Positions 20,527 to 32,135 of a stretch of DNA of 64,000 bases are shown here, piece after piece. The notes under the pieces are model-generated. The model saw only the letters and a program-made list of their open reading frames with translations, was not told the DNA's origin and did no database searches. This stretch comes from a virus. Location of the stretch: positions 13,961-77,960 of IMG/VR virus record IMGVR_UViG_3300027708_000051; one strand, written 5' to 3'. Each line of letters begins with the position of its first letter. Position 1 is the stretch's first letter. A program made the translations under genes and the position numbers.

Positions 20527-23500
20527 ATGAGTTGTTTTTTATCATATAATGCTAGTATAACGGGAGATTGTACTAATCTTAACTTAGGGTCATTTACCAT
20601 TACAATTAATGGTAATGCTCCCGACTATACAATTCAATGGTTATCACCGACCACAGGTACAACTGCGTTAGGTGCTGGTGTTACTGCGTATACTCAAACT
20701 AATTTATCTGCCGGTACATACTCATTTAATATTATTGATAGTTGTATTTCGGGTAATACAGTACAACCTGTTAATATTTACATATCTAGTGGAACTTGTG
20801 TTTCAATTACAAATGTTACTGATACTGTATGTGATGCGAGTAACGGTTCTTTAATTGTGGAAACTAGTAATTTTTATGGTAACGCGGTATTTTCATTATA
20901 CAGTGAAACAACAGGTTTAATTTCAACATTTTATCCAACAAACAATTCATATTTATTTAATAATTTATCGTCTGGCATTTATTACGTGATTGCCAATGAT
21001 GGAGGTGGATGTACAGGTAAATCTGAAAGCGTAATTGTTAAAAATTCATCAAATTTAAATTTTGGTTTATATGTTGTTGATGATGCGGGATGTGCATCTA
21101 ATTCAGGTAAAATATTTATAACAGGTTTAACAGGCACACCACCATATACTTATTTATGGTCTAATGGGGGAACTAATGATAGTATTACAGGTTTAACAGA
21201 AGGTGTTTATACAGTAACGGTAACTGACAGTAGTTATTGTTCTATTAGTAATACTGCGGTAATAAATAAAATATCACCAGTTGGGTTAGGTGCGATTTAT
21301 TTAACACAACCAACTTGTTTTACGGCGGATGGTGAGGTGGAAATTATTATAACAGGTGGTACCGCACCATTTTATTATTTAGGGTCTAATGGAGTTACAA
21401 ATGTTACATTTGATAGAACAGTTGTTTTTACGGGATTAGGTCCGGGAGGGTTTACCATTCAAGTTACTGACGCGGGATTATGTACTTTTACTGCAAGAAC
21501 AAAGTTATTAACACCAAAAGGTATGTCTGCAGTATCAGTTGACATTACTAATTCAACTTGTAATGATTTTTCAGGTGTTGTTGGTCCTATTGTTGTGTTT
21601 GGTGGAACAGCACCTTATACGTTTACTTTGACAGATTCGTCAGGAAAACAAAATTCAAACACCGTTTATCAACCAAATTATATATTTAATAATTTATCTT
21701 CAGGTGATTATACTTTAGATATTACTGATAATGGTGGTTGTACATTCACAAGTGCTTATACGATTAATAACGTAGTTACCTTTGAATTATTTGCATCAAC
21801 TATTGGTACAACTTGTGATGGTGATAACGGTTCAGTTACTTTAGAAATAACAAGTGGTGGGACGCCTCCTTATAGATACGAAATAAATGGTCAATCTATA
21901 AATAATGTATCATTAACTTCATATACATTTAACAATTTAGTTAGTGGTAATTATGTTGGAAGTGTAATAGATTCATCATTATGTAAACAAAGTCAAACAT
22001 TTACCATTAACCAATCAAATACTATTGATTTTCATTTATTAGGTGAAAACTCAGTAAATGACGATGGAATTATTACTGCTTATATAACAAACGGAACACC
22101 TCCATTCACATTATATTTTAATGGTGATACTTCGGGAACTACAGTTATGACAATACCTGATTTACCTGCGGGTAATTATTCGGTTAGAATTGTTGATAGT
22201 TCAGGATGTTCAAAAACAAAAAAAATACCAATTAAGGGTGAAAACCAATTTAACTCTGTAGGGTATTATAATGTTTGTCAGGGGTCATTTGACTCTCCAA
22301 TAGCTGTCTTATCAAACATTAGACAATTTTTTTATGAAGGTTATAATGAATTGATAACACAAGGGTTTATATCATCAGGTTATACTAATTGTATGTTAAC
22401 CGGAGCAACATTTTCGGCACAAACGACTGTTGGTGATTGTGTTAATTCAGTTATTTTTCATACGGGGACTTCTATAACAGATTATCCAACTGATGAATTA
22501 TGGTTTTCGGCTATTACAACCTTAATTGAGTCTTGTCCTCAAATTGGGGATGGTAACATTGATATTGATTCGTTAAATAATACAATCACAGTCACGACAA
22601 ATTGTGAACCTGAATCTTTACATAATTCAAATGTTTTAGTGGAACTAAGGATTGATTATGAAATTGAGTGTGTTTGTCCACCTGTAACCCCAAGTCCAAC
22701 ACCAACACCAACTTATACACCAACACAAACTCATACACCAACACCAACTTATACACCAACACTAACAATGACACCTGGTGCTTCACCACCAGTGACTCCA
22801 ACACACACCCCTACACCAAGTATTACACGAACTCATACACCAACACCAACAATAACACAAACTAAAACTCCGACACTTACACCAAGTATAACGCCTACTC
22901 ATACGCCAACACCGTCACCTAAAGACAAATATTATGTATACTTAATGTGTGGAGAACACCCAAGTAACACAACGGTAGTAATTCAAACAGTTCCTGCGAT
23001 ACTAAATAATGTGATTAATGATGTTATACTTGATTTAACCCATAAGATTTGTTGGCAATTAGTTGATATTGGTACTAATCTACAACAATTACAATCTCAA
23101 TGGAATGGTACTACTTACAATAATTATTTTACAGGTGGAGTAACACTATTCCCATATATTCCAACTAAAACACCTTGTGATGATTGTAAAAAAGCACTTG
23201 AAGCTTTACCGGTCCCAATTAAAAGTGATTGCCCAACTAGTTTAAGAAATTGGAGTGATTGTAAAGGTGCTGATGTTACTGGTGAAATATATATTATAAC
23301 ACCAAATGGTGTTGCAAGTCTTGTTTATTCATTTGGACCTAATTTTGATGTTAACTTATATCTTGGTAGTTTACCAACAAACAGTGGTGATATTATTAAA
23401 ATAATATTAACACCACCATTAGACGGGGGGTCAATTGTTACATTAAATGTTACAGGTAATGCACCGTATTCGCAAACAAGTAATGAATCAATAGTATATG

Positions 23501-24030
23501 AGTTTAAAACCGTATGTAACCAAAAAGGTGATGGTAGTAGTATAGAAATTTTCTCAACTTGTAAAGGTTCTATACCTTCAATAACTTTGTACAGTACTTC
23601 GTATAGTGAGGCAGGAATTCTTCCATCAACTTATTATTCAACATCTTGTTTACAAAGTAATACTTCACCAGCAATGACTTGGATTTTAAATAATTTTAAT
23701 GGATTATCTGTTTTTAGTTTTGAAATACTTTGTGAAGATTTAAATGCGTCGGGTAGTAGTCCAAATGGTTATTTTGTTCATTGGTGGGTTAAAGATATAG
23801 ACCCAACTCAATTAGATATTACTGCTGCGGGTAGTTGGGTTAGTGCGACAGTTCTACCAACCGATTATGGTTCAGGTGATGACGCTAACGGATGGAATGG
23901 ACCTTGTCCTTTAACTGCACCTTCTAATCACAACTATAGAATACAAATAACTGCTAATTTAGTTATTGGTGGTCCTTTAGTTAGTAATTACTCAACATTT
24001 GTTGGACCTTGTATATCACCATTCTGTTAA
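20527..24030 (+). CDS. Tail fibre/adhesin: SprB-like repeats, Pro/Thr hinge, C-terminal YbhB/YbcL (PEBP)-like domain
   Basis: Repeated GGTPPY.Y.W..G.Y.V.V.D..GC units; TPTP tract; CEDLNA...FVHWW...GWNGPCP...HNYR. Confidence 0.7.
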   Translation: MSCFLSYNASITGDCTNLNLGSFTITINGNAPDYTIQWLSPTTGTTALGAGVTAYTQTNLSAGTYSFNIIDSCISGNTVQPVNIYISSGTCVSITNVTDTVCDASNGSLIVETSNFYGNAVFSLYSETTGLISTFYPTNNSYLFNNLSSGIYYVIANDGGGCTGKSESVIVKNSSNLNFGLYVVDDAGCASNSGKIFITGLTGTPPYTYLWSNGGTNDSITGLTEGVYTVTVTDSSYCSISNTAVINKISPVGLGAIYLTQPTCFTADGEVEIIITGGTAPFYYLGSNGVTNVTFDRTVVFTGLGPGGFTIQVTDAGLCTFTARTKLLTPKGMSAVSVDITNSTCNDFSGVVGPIVVFGGTAPYTFTLTDSSGKQNSNTVYQPNYIFNNLSSGDYTLDITDNGGCTFTSAYTINNVVTFELFASTIGTTCDGDNGSVTLEITSGGTPPYRYEINGQSINNVSLTSYTFNNLVSGNYVGSVIDSSLCKQSQTFTINQSNTIDFHLLGENSVNDDGIITAYITNGTPPFTLYFNGDTSGTTVMTIPDLPAGNYSVRIVDSSGCSKTKKIPIKGENQFNSVGYYNVCQGSFDSPIAVLSNIRQFFYEGYNELITQGFISSGYTNCMLTGATFSAQTTVGDCVNSVIFHTGTSITDYPTDELWFSAITTLIESCPQIGDGNIDIDSLNNTITVTTNCEPESLHNSNVLVELRIDYEIECVCPPVTPSPTPTPTYTPTQTHTPTPTYTPTLTMTPGASPPVTPTHTPTPSITRTHTPTPTITQTKTPTLTPSITPTHTPTPSPKDKYYVYLMCGEHPSNTTVVIQTVPAILNNVINDVILDLTHKICWQLVDIGTNLQQLQSQWNGTTYNNYFTGGVTLFPYIPTKTPCDDCKKALEALPVPIKSDCPTSLRNWSDCKGADVTGEIYIITPNGVASLVYSFGPNFDVNLYLGSLPTNSGDIIKIILTPPLDGGSIVTLNVTGNAPYSQTSNESIVYEFKTVCNQKGDGSSIEIFSTCKGSIPSITLYSTSYSEAGILPSTYYSTSCLQSNTSPAMTWILNNFNGLSVFSFEILCEDLNASGSSPNGYFVHWWVKDIDPTQLDITAAGSWVSATVLPTDYGSGDDANGWNGPCPLTAPSNHNYRIQITANLVIGGPLVSNYSTFVGPCISPFC
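22681..22920 (+). repeat. Pro/Thr hinge repeat tract
   Basis: (ACACCA)n-based tract encoding [18 protein letters not shown]. Confidence 0.9.
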
Positions 24031-24035
24031 TAAAT

Positions 24036-24069
24036 AAAAAACCCCTCCGAAAAGAGGGGTTATTTATTT
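24036..24069. terminator. Bidirectional intrinsic terminator between convergent operons
   Basis: AACCCCTC-CGAAAA-GAGGGGTT flanked by A run and T-rich run. Confidence 0.85.
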
Positions 24070-24669
24070 TTACCAAATTTGTTCTTGTCTCATATGACCT
24101 AAGACACAACAATAAGCATCTGTTTGGTCGAAGTTTTCTTTTTTAAGAGTATTGTTTCTTGTGTATTGCCAAGTGATTTGAGGTTCTTTTTTTGCTATTA
24201 AATCCCAAATGATTAGTTTCTTGTCTATGTCTTTTGGAAGACCACCAAATAAGACAAATTTACCTTTGTCGTTTTCTTTAACTAATTCAGGGAATGCGAA
24301 CTTACGAGAGTTGTATGTTGATATGAAGTCAGGAACTATCCCTAAAACGTCGTAAATTTCTTTTGTGACCAAAGTATTAAACCTTAATAAAGTTTGTACT
24401 GTATAGACGTTGTTTGAGTTTAATAAGGGTTCCTCAATGATTACTTTAGTAATTCCCATATCTTTATATTCTAAAAGCTTACTTCTAAAGATTTCTCCTT
24501 TAAGAAGTAATTCTTTTATTTTATTTTCTTCCTTTGGTTTTGGAGTTGGGGAAATGTGAGTTAATTCTAATAATTCTTTACTTTGTATGTCAAATAATGC
24601 CCAACCAATAGTTTTGGTTGAAACATCAAGCCCTAAAACTTTAGGGCTTTCTTTTAATGTTTTCTTCAT
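24070..24669 (-). CDS. RuvC-like Holliday junction resolvase
   Basis: VLGLDVSTKTIGWA, VIIEEP, FDQTDAY. Confidence 0.8.
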   Translation of the reverse strand: MKKTLKESPKVLGLDVSTKTIGWALFDIQSKELLELTHISPTPKPKEENKIKELLLKGEIFRSKLLEYKDMGITKVIIEEPLLNSNNVYTVQTLLRFNTLVTKEIYDVLGIVPDFISTYNSRKFAFPELVKENDKGKFVLFGGLPKDIDKKLIIWDLIAKKEPQITWQYTRNNTLKKENFDQTDAYCCVLGHMRQEQIW

Positions 24670-24672
24670 ATG

Positions 24673-27090
24673 TTAAAAATCAAATTTTACTAAAAACTGT
24701 TGAACACCCTGTCTTTGAACAGGTGATTGTAGCTTTGATACAATCATAAGATTCATTTCGTTATCGTAAAGACCAATTTCTGAAATATATGGTGATAATC
24801 CTTGAGACCAACTTGGATTTGATGAATGTTGGAATTCTGCTTGACCAAGATTTATTTTATATCTCATTTCATAAATGGTTGCTTGAATGTCGGTTTCAAT
24901 TGAACCATAGAAGTAATATTCATCACCAAAATTAAGGGTTTGACCTGATTGATTAACTGTTGGTAGTGAAATAAAGTTGTTTAAATGATATGTATTTGAA
25001 CTTGCAGCGTCATATAATGCTTTTGTAATTACAAAAGTATTTGATGTTAGACCAATTTCAGTTATGTAACCATTTAATGTTGATGCACTTAGTTGGTTAG
25101 TAAAATCAATTAATCTCCATTCATCAGATGATGGTCTTCCACCATTTTCAACAATTTGACAAATAATTTGGAATGTATTTGCAACATATCCATTAACAAG
25201 GGTATTATTAAGTATTTGATTTAAACAATTAAAATCTCCTCCAAATTTAACTACCACATCTTGTTGACCTGGTGTTCCACAATCAACATTTGGACCTACT
25301 ATTGTTGAGTAATAATTACAATGTAATGAATCGGTTGCACCTGATGATGTATTTGTTAATAAATAACTAACATACATAATTTGATTAGTTCCTGTTAAAA
25401 CACCTGAACCTGAAGTATTGGTTGTTAAATTACAACTATTCGGTGTTATTAATGATGTTGTTGCTGCAGGTAAAGTCCAGTTACGATTTGATTTATAAGA
25501 TAATGCGGCAATTAATTCCTCATCATCAATTACTATAATTTTTTGGTCCGGAAAAACTTTACCAACTCTACTTGGTTTTCCGTTACTACTATTAGGGTGA
25601 GAATCCCATAAAAGATAATAACGAATACCTGGGTCATTCATATCACTATTTTTAGTTGATTTAATATAGTGAGGTTGAAATACGTCGATAAACACCATAT
25701 CATCAGGTGGAACAACATAAAATGTTTCACCTTTACAACAATTAGGATTTTTATGCCAAGTTAACCAAGGCAAATGTAATTTAAAGTTTCTTGCATCTCC
25801 GGTTACATCTACAGGGTTTGTTCCGTTAATAGGTTGTTCTAAGGCAAATTTTTCACCGTAAAAGAAATCGATAGTATTGTTTGTATAATGAATAATTGCA
25901 ATTGCTTTTTGTTCTTCAGGAGTTACTACAATTTTATTACTAAATGAATCGTAATAATAAACTGAGTCTTCAATATTCATATTCATATCAACAAATGTTT
26001 GACCACTACTTGTCATATAACCTAAATACTCTTTAGTTCCAAGATAAGATTTGGACCCAAAATATGTGTAATCTTGATATGGTGAAACTAATCCTGCCGG
26101 ATTTTCTGACCAAGGAATATTCATATTCCAAACTTTAACGTCAAATTGGTCTGTGTTACATATAGATTCAAAATTAATTACGTCTGTATTCCAATGTTCT
26201 GTTGGTGTTATACTGTCATATAAATCAGTCATATTTGGTGGATAAACTAAAGTTCTAACATAAGTACATCCTGAGGCAATATATGAATAATCAGGAGTTT
26301 CTCTATCTAATGTGATAACAAATCCACAAATATCGACAATTTTATATGTTAAAATATTATAACAACTATTAACATCGACAAATGTATTAACAACGGGAGT
26401 TGGAGTACAACCGGTTGGTGTTGTGACACAACAAGTTGATGATGGGGTTGGAGTTGGTAATGGAGGTAAACACGCATCGTATGATGGTGTTACTGTTGGT
26501 GTTGGTGTCGGTGTAGGAGATACTGGAGTGTTAGTTCCACAATAAATTGTGTTACCATCAAAATAAATTGTTATAATATCACCTTTAGATGGTAACCTAA
26601 CAATATTGGTGTTACAACCTGAATAAAATACTTCTATAGTAGTTCCACCTGTAAAAGTTGAAATATCTACTACATAATTAGAATATATAACATATTGACT
26701 ATCTGTGTAAGCACTCCAATTAGATACCGATAATGATGTGTCACCACTAAAAAAACCTCTCATTGTTGCTCTGTTATAAATTGGAGACACAATTGGATTT
26801 GAAAATGGGATACCATATGTGCTGGTATTATTTTGGTCTACATATATAGGGTATTTAACATTTTGTTTATTCATTTGTCCCGGAGCGGAATTCTGTGAAT
26901 TAAAGTTAGGTTCTAATATATTGTTATTAGATAAATTATAAGATGTTCCGCTTAAGGTGTTGTATGAAATTTCACTATCCCCTACTTGGAAATATGAAAT
27001 ATTAAAATTACCTTGAGATAGTTTTAATCTACCTGTATCGGTTAATCTTGTATTAATTAATGCTGATGTATTTTTAACTATATATGCCAT
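24673..27090 (-). CDS. Tail/baseplate fibre-attachment protein
   Basis: N-terminal LTDTGRLKLSQG..ISYFQVGDSE and C-terminal ISEIGLYD...SKL motifs like P2 gpH-type collar domain; internal PT tract. Confidence 0.55.
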   Translation of the reverse strand: MAYIVKNTSALINTRLTDTGRLKLSQGNFNISYFQVGDSEISYNTLSGTSYNLSNNNILEPNFNSQNSAPGQMNKQNVKYPIYVDQNNTSTYGIPFSNPIVSPIYNRATMRGFFSGDTSLSVSNWSAYTDSQYVIYSNYVVDISTFTGGTTIEVFYSGCNTNIVRLPSKGDIITIYFDGNTIYCGTNTPVSPTPTPTPTVTPSYDACLPPLPTPTPSSTCCVTTPTGCTPTPVVNTFVDVNSCYNILTYKIVDICGFVITLDRETPDYSYIASGCTYVRTLVYPPNMTDLYDSITPTEHWNTDVINFESICNTDQFDVKVWNMNIPWSENPAGLVSPYQDYTYFGSKSYLGTKEYLGYMTSSGQTFVDMNMNIEDSVYYYDSFSNKIVVTPEEQKAIAIIHYTNNTIDFFYGEKFALEQPINGTNPVDVTGDARNFKLHLPWLTWHKNPNCCKGETFYVVPPDDMVFIDVFQPHYIKSTKNSDMNDPGIRYYLLWDSHPNSSNGKPSRVGKVFPDQKIIVIDDEELIAALSYKSNRNWTLPAATTSLITPNSCNLTTNTSGSGVLTGTNQIMYVSYLLTNTSSGATDSLHCNYYSTIVGPNVDCGTPGQQDVVVKFGGDFNCLNQILNNTLVNGYVANTFQIICQIVENGGRPSSDEWRLIDFTNQLSASTLNGYITEIGLTSNTFVITKALYDAASSNTYHLNNFISLPTVNQSGQTLNFGDEYYFYGSIETDIQATIYEMRYKINLGQAEFQHSSNPSWSQGLSPYISEIGLYDNEMNLMIVSKLQSPVQRQGVQQFLVKFDF

Positions 27091-27094
27091 ATCG

Positions 27095-27102
27095 TATAAA
27101 TA
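27095..27102 (-). promoter_or_regulatory. TATTTATA putative late promoter
   Basis: 4 nt before ATG 27090 on minus strand. Confidence 0.55.
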
Positions 27103-27117
27103 TTCTGTGTTTTATTA

Positions 27118-29274
27118 TTAGTTAATTTTTATTGAACAACAATCACATCCACTAATAACAGGATTACTAATTGAATAACTATCATTACTATATCCAACAA
27201 CACACTCACCTAATGTTGTTTTATCAACTCTTGATGTTGTGCTAATAGTTATTGTGTCACTATTAGTAAGTGTTAATGAATTCCAAACCTCATCAACATT
27301 TGACTGATAAACATATTCTTTTTGACAATTTGTAATTGTGTTGACAGATTCGTTAGTGTAGTTTGATGTATTACTTAATGGTATCGTAGTGCTATTTTTA
27401 GATAGTACTGTTGATGTTGTTAATATTGATGTTCCACTATTTGGTGATGAATAAAAACTATTGTTATGTATTATATCAAATGTGATTGTTGTTCCATCAG
27501 GTAATGGTGGATTAATAATAACTGTTGTTTCATAAGAATTGACTAATGATGTATTATTATTAACCGGAGTTGTGTTAGTTGTATAAAGTGATAAACTATA
27601 TGTTGTTAATTGAGTTGGTTTATCTAAAGTAACTGAACTTGTATATGTTTCACCCAAAGAATCAATAACTGATAAATCATATATTCCACTACAAAGATTT
27701 GTAAATATAGGTGATGATGAATAATTTACACCATTATCAATAGAATAATTAAATGGAGGGTTATCCAACTGAATGTTAAATATAATACTTCCGTCACATA
27801 AACAAGTTGGTTGATTAACACTTACTGGTGGTAATTGTTTTCTTGTTGGACCACAACTACCTTCATTAACAATAATTGATGAAATTGATATAGGACTAAA
27901 TTCATTACCACTTGATAACCAATTAGTTGGGTATGTTGTTGTCGTGGTTAATTGTGATGTTGAAAATATTGTGTTACCGTAAATTTGTGTTGATAATAAC
28001 CACTGATTACCAACTTTATTAATTGTCGATTGAGGGTTATCATCACCTATCCAAATTGGATTATTATTTGAATCTAATGAATCGTAAGTGAAATGTATAA
28101 CAATTGGTAAACGTCGTCTATTTGGTTGTATTGTTAAACAAAAATCAGAATATGTGGTAATTGTTGGAACTATTAATACAACAGTATTATCCGGACAAAG
28201 AGGATTATATATGTATATAACACCAGTATCGTTTGGTACTTCAATAATAACACCCGTTTGTAATGTACTTAGTGATAAATTTTCAGCCAAATCCCCTGAT
28301 GGCACCATTATTGGGATATATCCTGGAGATGGTGGTGCGGCATTATAGTAAATTGTGTATGGTTCGGGTGATGTCCCGTCAGTTATTTGTATTGTATAAT
28401 AATATTTAGTATTATCAAAAGGGTATATTGGAGCTGATGGGTCACACCAATTACCACATATTGTTTCTGATAAAACTGTAATATTAGTTCCACTAAATGT
28501 ACCTTGAATACAAGGTGTGTCATTGACTTCAATACCGGCACCATATGGTAAGCATTCACCTAATTCAGAACCACAAGGTATCCAACAGATAAGCCCTGGT
28601 GTTTGGACAGTAAAGATATAACTTTTACAATAACATTCAACAGGGGGAGGTGTATAATTTGCGATACTACCACTAAACACACAATCTCTTTCTGTAAGAA
28701 TTGTACAAACAGTTGTTGCGGTAAAATCACCCCAATAATCCACTGTGGTTGCGGTATAAGAACCATTAGAAAGTCCGTTAAGTGCCGGTGATACAATATT
28801 GTAATTCAACCAAGTAGTTTTATATGGTGGAGTTCCTCCGCTAATTGAAAGAGATACTTCACCATCATAAGCATCGACTGAAGATGGATTAGATATCTCA
28901 CATTCAACCACCATTGGTAAAATAGTTATAATTCCACAATCGTTTTTATATCCGACAATTATTGGTGTAACAACTGGTGTTGGGTTAACACAGTTATAAT
29001 TAGGATTATCATTCAAACATTTTAAACAATCAAATGAGATAGTGTTAGTAATGATTGGTGTAACATTATATATTGTAATATTTGGTAATGGTTGACTTCC
29101 TGATGTTCCACTATAGGAAACACACCCTGAAAACGAACCCACAGATAATGGATAACCAGGGTTATTTGTTGGGTCAAACCAAGATGACCAATCATCCGTT
29201 GCCCCTGAAGTAATACCAAATGGAGGGAAACCACCACAACACTGTTTAAAATAATATATAATACCTGATTCCAT
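27118..29274 (-). CDS. Cys-rich fibre/adhesin with SprB-like repeats
   Basis: DGEVSLSISGGTPPY..W..LNGLSNGSY; ATG 29274 preferred (TATTTATA at 29293-29300 upstream). Confidence 0.6.
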   Translation of the reverse strand: MESGIIYYFKQCCGGFPPFGITSGATDDWSSWFDPTNNPGYPLSVGSFSGCVSYSGTSGSQPLPNITIYNVTPIITNTISFDCLKCLNDNPNYNCVNPTPVVTPIIVGYKNDCGIITILPMVVECEISNPSSVDAYDGEVSLSISGGTPPYKTTWLNYNIVSPALNGLSNGSYTATTVDYWGDFTATTVCTILTERDCVFSGSIANYTPPPVECYCKSYIFTVQTPGLICWIPCGSELGECLPYGAGIEVNDTPCIQGTFSGTNITVLSETICGNWCDPSAPIYPFDNTKYYYTIQITDGTSPEPYTIYYNAAPPSPGYIPIMVPSGDLAENLSLSTLQTGVIIEVPNDTGVIYIYNPLCPDNTVVLIVPTITTYSDFCLTIQPNRRRLPIVIHFTYDSLDSNNNPIWIGDDNPQSTINKVGNQWLLSTQIYGNTIFSTSQLTTTTTYPTNWLSSGNEFSPISISSIIVNEGSCGPTRKQLPPVSVNQPTCLCDGSIIFNIQLDNPPFNYSIDNGVNYSSSPIFTNLCSGIYDLSVIDSLGETYTSSVTLDKPTQLTTYSLSLYTTNTTPVNNNTSLVNSYETTVIINPPLPDGTTITFDIIHNNSFYSSPNSGTSILTTSTVLSKNSTTIPLSNTSNYTNESVNTITNCQKEYVYQSNVDEVWNSLTLTNSDTITISTTSRVDKTTLGECVVGYSNDSYSISNPVISGCDCCSIKIN

Positions 29275-29377
29275 TTTTATTATTTGTTTTACTATAAATA
29301 ATCTAAAGTTTGATTTTATTAAAAATATAATTGACATTTGTTGTTAATAAATGGTGAGTTGGGAGATATTTATAAGT

Positions 29378-29578
29378 ATGAAACTGATAAATACAATATC
29401 TAATGTTGTCACAGAGGCAAAAGATGCTTATGAAAGAGCGTGTGACAGAGGTGTTCCTGAAAAAGAACTTGATAGATTAGAAAAAAACTATTATGAATCC
29501 TTAAAACTTCTAAGGATATATGAAAATTTAGGTAAACGTAATTGTGATGAAGATTTAAAAACTAATAATAATCATTAA
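29378..29578 (+). CDS. Small hypothetical protein, possible head-packaged (VTE-A leader)
   Basis: TATTTATA at 29367-29374, 3 nt before ATG; MKLINTISNVVTEA. Confidence 0.55.
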   Translation: MKLINTISNVVTEAKDAYERACDRGVPEKELDRLEKNYYESLKLLRIYENLGKRNCDEDLKTNNNH

Positions 29579-29596
29579 TCCATCACCTCACTTTTT

Positions 29597-31525
29597 TTAT
29601 CCAGCACCAAGAGAACCTAATCTTCTTGGTGGTGTATCAAAAATCCAATTTGTATTTGAACCATTATTACCTGAACCACTTATTGCGTAAAAAGTATTTA
29701 ATTGATATGCTGTAGAAGCATTAACAACTACATTTGGACAAATTACTAATCCTGGATTTAATTTATATAATCCAAATGCTACAGAGGTTGTTGAGTATAA
29801 TAAAGTTTGGTTTGTTGAATTTCCAACTTGGAAGGTATCGAAAATATATGTTATTTGACTTGCTTGAAAAAAAATAACGTGAGCGGATAATGAAGTATTT
29901 ATTGTAAAATCCTTAAAATTTTGAAAATAATTAGAACTGTTAATAATTGTTTGTGGATTTACAGAACCTGACCTATCTATATTTAAATTGTAATATTGGC
30001 CTGTACCCCCATTAAAACTTACTGATGTACCAGTTTTATCAGTTATCCTTATTGTGGATGTGCTTGGGTCTATATATAGAACTCCTTGAGTTATTCCAGC
30101 AACACTCCAAACAGTCCCTGTACCGTTTAAATTTATAATGGTATTACTACCTAACCCTAAATATCTAGTAGTTGTTGTTGAGGATGATTGTAATGAGAAA
30201 ATATTACTTGTTGTATTTCCACTAAAATATAACTCACCACTATTAAATTGTATATTACCTGATAATGTTGTATTTCCTAGTGTAACAGATGAATTAGTTA
30301 TAGTTAATGTAGTTGATGATGTAATACTATAAAAATAACCCGTTGGTAAATAACCAACAACACTATTATTAAAAGTGATATTTGTTGTTAAATTTACAGA
30401 ACCATAAAAATATACCAGCCCCCAATTAATAACATTTATTGCCGCAGGGTTTGTTGAACTTGTATTAGAATTATAATTTCCAAAAACTTCTAAAGAGTTC
30501 CCAAACCCTCCAGAATCATTACATTGTAACCAACCTGTAAGTTGTTTATTAAATGTTCTAAAAATGTGATTTGGATTACCAATATTATAACCATCCCCAA
30601 AAAATAAATTATTACTTGTTGACACGCTCATAGAGTCACATAATATAACATCCCCATAAACTGTTAGTTGTGCGGTTGATGCCCAAGTAATGGTTGAACC
30701 TTCTATAAAAGTAAGACTAGCGATAACACTTGTTCCGATGTTCAAAGTTCCACCTGTTTTTGAAACAGTAATATAACGATAATCAGCTACGGTTGATGTT
30801 GACGTAATAGTTGTTAGAGCTGTTCCTGAACCTTCTATATATACATATGGTACAGTAATTGTACCTGTTAGAGATATTGTTCTAGCAACTGATGCGGTAC
30901 TTGTTGAATGGAGTTCAGTAGTAATATAGAATGATAAATTAGTTTGTGTGGTGAGTGTTAATAATGTTCCAGTCCCTGTTAAATAAACATAATCAAAATA
31001 AAAATATCTAACATTCGTGTTGGATGAGGAAATAAGTCCCGCATATAAATAACTTCCACTAATATTACCAGCCGTTAATGTAAGTGTCCCTGTTAATATA
31101 ATAGGGGAAATATTTTGATACCAATTTGCTCCAACTGTGTTAAATGTCATACTCCCTTTATGGGAAAGACCATTACACTCTATATATGAAGTGACTCCCG
31201 ATACTGATGTAAAAGTTATTAAACCTGAATAAGTGTGAGTTCCACCTAAATAAAGAGCATTAGAACCACTACTACTAGTTACAATATTTAAAGCCCCTGT
31301 GCCTGCTAATGTTCCTGTAAAGAGTGAAAGGTCTAAAGTATTACAAGTGGAGGTGGCAGCAATAGTTAACGTACCACTTCCTGATGCAGCATTTACAATA
31401 GCATTATCTGCAGTTGTTGGTACTCCCGCAACTCCACCTGTACCCCCTGAACCATTGTACCAATTTCCTGCTACTGACCAAGCGGCACTACCGTTACCCG
31501 CAACATACCAATACTTAGCCGCCAT
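29597..31525 (-). CDS. Beta-helix-like tail spike/adhesin
   Basis: YWYV.G.G...WS..GNW...SGG.GG.AGVPT..D N-terminus; G/T/S-rich beta repeats. Confidence 0.55.
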   Translation of the reverse strand: MAAKYWYVAGNGSAAWSVAGNWYNGSGGTGGVAGVPTTADNAIVNAASGSGTLTIAATSTCNTLDLSLFTGTLAGTGALNIVTSSSGSNALYLGGTHTYSGLITFTSVSGVTSYIECNGLSHKGSMTFNTVGANWYQNISPIILTGTLTLTAGNISGSYLYAGLISSSNTNVRYFYFDYVYLTGTGTLLTLTTQTNLSFYITTELHSTSTASVARTISLTGTITVPYVYIEGSGTALTTITSTSTVADYRYITVSKTGGTLNIGTSVIASLTFIEGSTITWASTAQLTVYGDVILCDSMSVSTSNNLFFGDGYNIGNPNHIFRTFNKQLTGWLQCNDSGGFGNSLEVFGNYNSNTSSTNPAAINVINWGLVYFYGSVNLTTNITFNNSVVGYLPTGYFYSITSSTTLTITNSSVTLGNTTLSGNIQFNSGELYFSGNTTSNIFSLQSSSTTTTRYLGLGSNTIINLNGTGTVWSVAGITQGVLYIDPSTSTIRITDKTGTSVSFNGGTGQYYNLNIDRSGSVNPQTIINSSNYFQNFKDFTINTSLSAHVIFFQASQITYIFDTFQVGNSTNQTLLYSTTSVAFGLYKLNPGLVICPNVVVNASTAYQLNTFYAISGSGNNGSNTNWIFDTPPRRLGSLGAG

Positions 31526-31529
31526 TTAA

Positions 31530-31778
31530 TTATAATGTGTTTAAATTCAATATGTTCAATACATAATTTTGTATTACAGTATCGTCTGTTCCCCACTCTA
31601 ATACTATGTCGTGAGGAATAGTCACTGAACCACTGAATGAATCTGAATCACCATTTATTTTCCAAAATACCTCAACGGTATCAGGAAATAATGGAAAAGC
31701 ATTAATGGTAATATCAATAGTTTTCGCCTCCCAATTTAATGGGTATGTAATTACGTTTGTAGGTTGTAAATTTGTCAT
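31530..31778 (-). CDS. Small fibre-associated hypothetical protein
   Basis: 82 aa, WGTDD..I..YV motif; between fibre genes. Confidence 0.5.
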   Translation of the reverse strand: MTNLQPTNVITYPLNWEAKTIDITINAFPLFPDTVEVFWKINGDSDSFSGSVTIPHDIVLEWGTDDTVIQNYVLNILNLNTL

Positions 31779-31782
31779 AATG

Positions 31783-32133
31783 TTATTTATAAAATATGTT
31801 AATTATTAAATCGTTTGTTCCAACAGCATTCGCATCCGAATCGGCAAGTCCGGTAACTGTTGTTATCGCAATTCCTGTTGAAAATGTTATCCCATCCGGT
31901 AATGAAACGTTTGCGGCAGATAAAGGTGGTATTACTAAAGAATATACTACTCCTGAACCTGCTGTAGGTGTTGTCGCAATATTATGAAAAGCAACTTTTC
32001 TTGCAGAACCGTTTGAATTGTAAATGTACCATCCATTAACCGTTCCCCCACTTGCTTTAATAACAGAAGGATTAGTACTTGCTGCAGATGCTAAGTGATA
32101 ATAAGATGCCGGAGATATAGGTGTATATGCCAT
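31783..32133 (-). CDS. Small beta-rich virion protein
   Basis: IKASGGTVNGWYIYN...GITFSTGIAI; second Met (MAYTP) likely start. Confidence 0.5.
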   Translation of the reverse strand: MAYTPISPASYYHLASAASTNPSVIKASGGTVNGWYIYNSNGSARKVAFHNIATTPTAGSGVVYSLVIPPLSAANVSLPDGITFSTGIAITTVTGLADSDANAVGTNDLIINIFYK

Positions 32134-32135
32134 AA

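Noticed and set aside
22681-22920. CRISPR array in ACACCA-rich tracts
   Set aside because: Coding low-complexity Pro/Thr repeats; no constant repeat with unique spacers.
4007-24030. Bacterial contractile injection system or T6SS
   Set aside because: Embedded among phage replication genes with no cellular housekeeping context.
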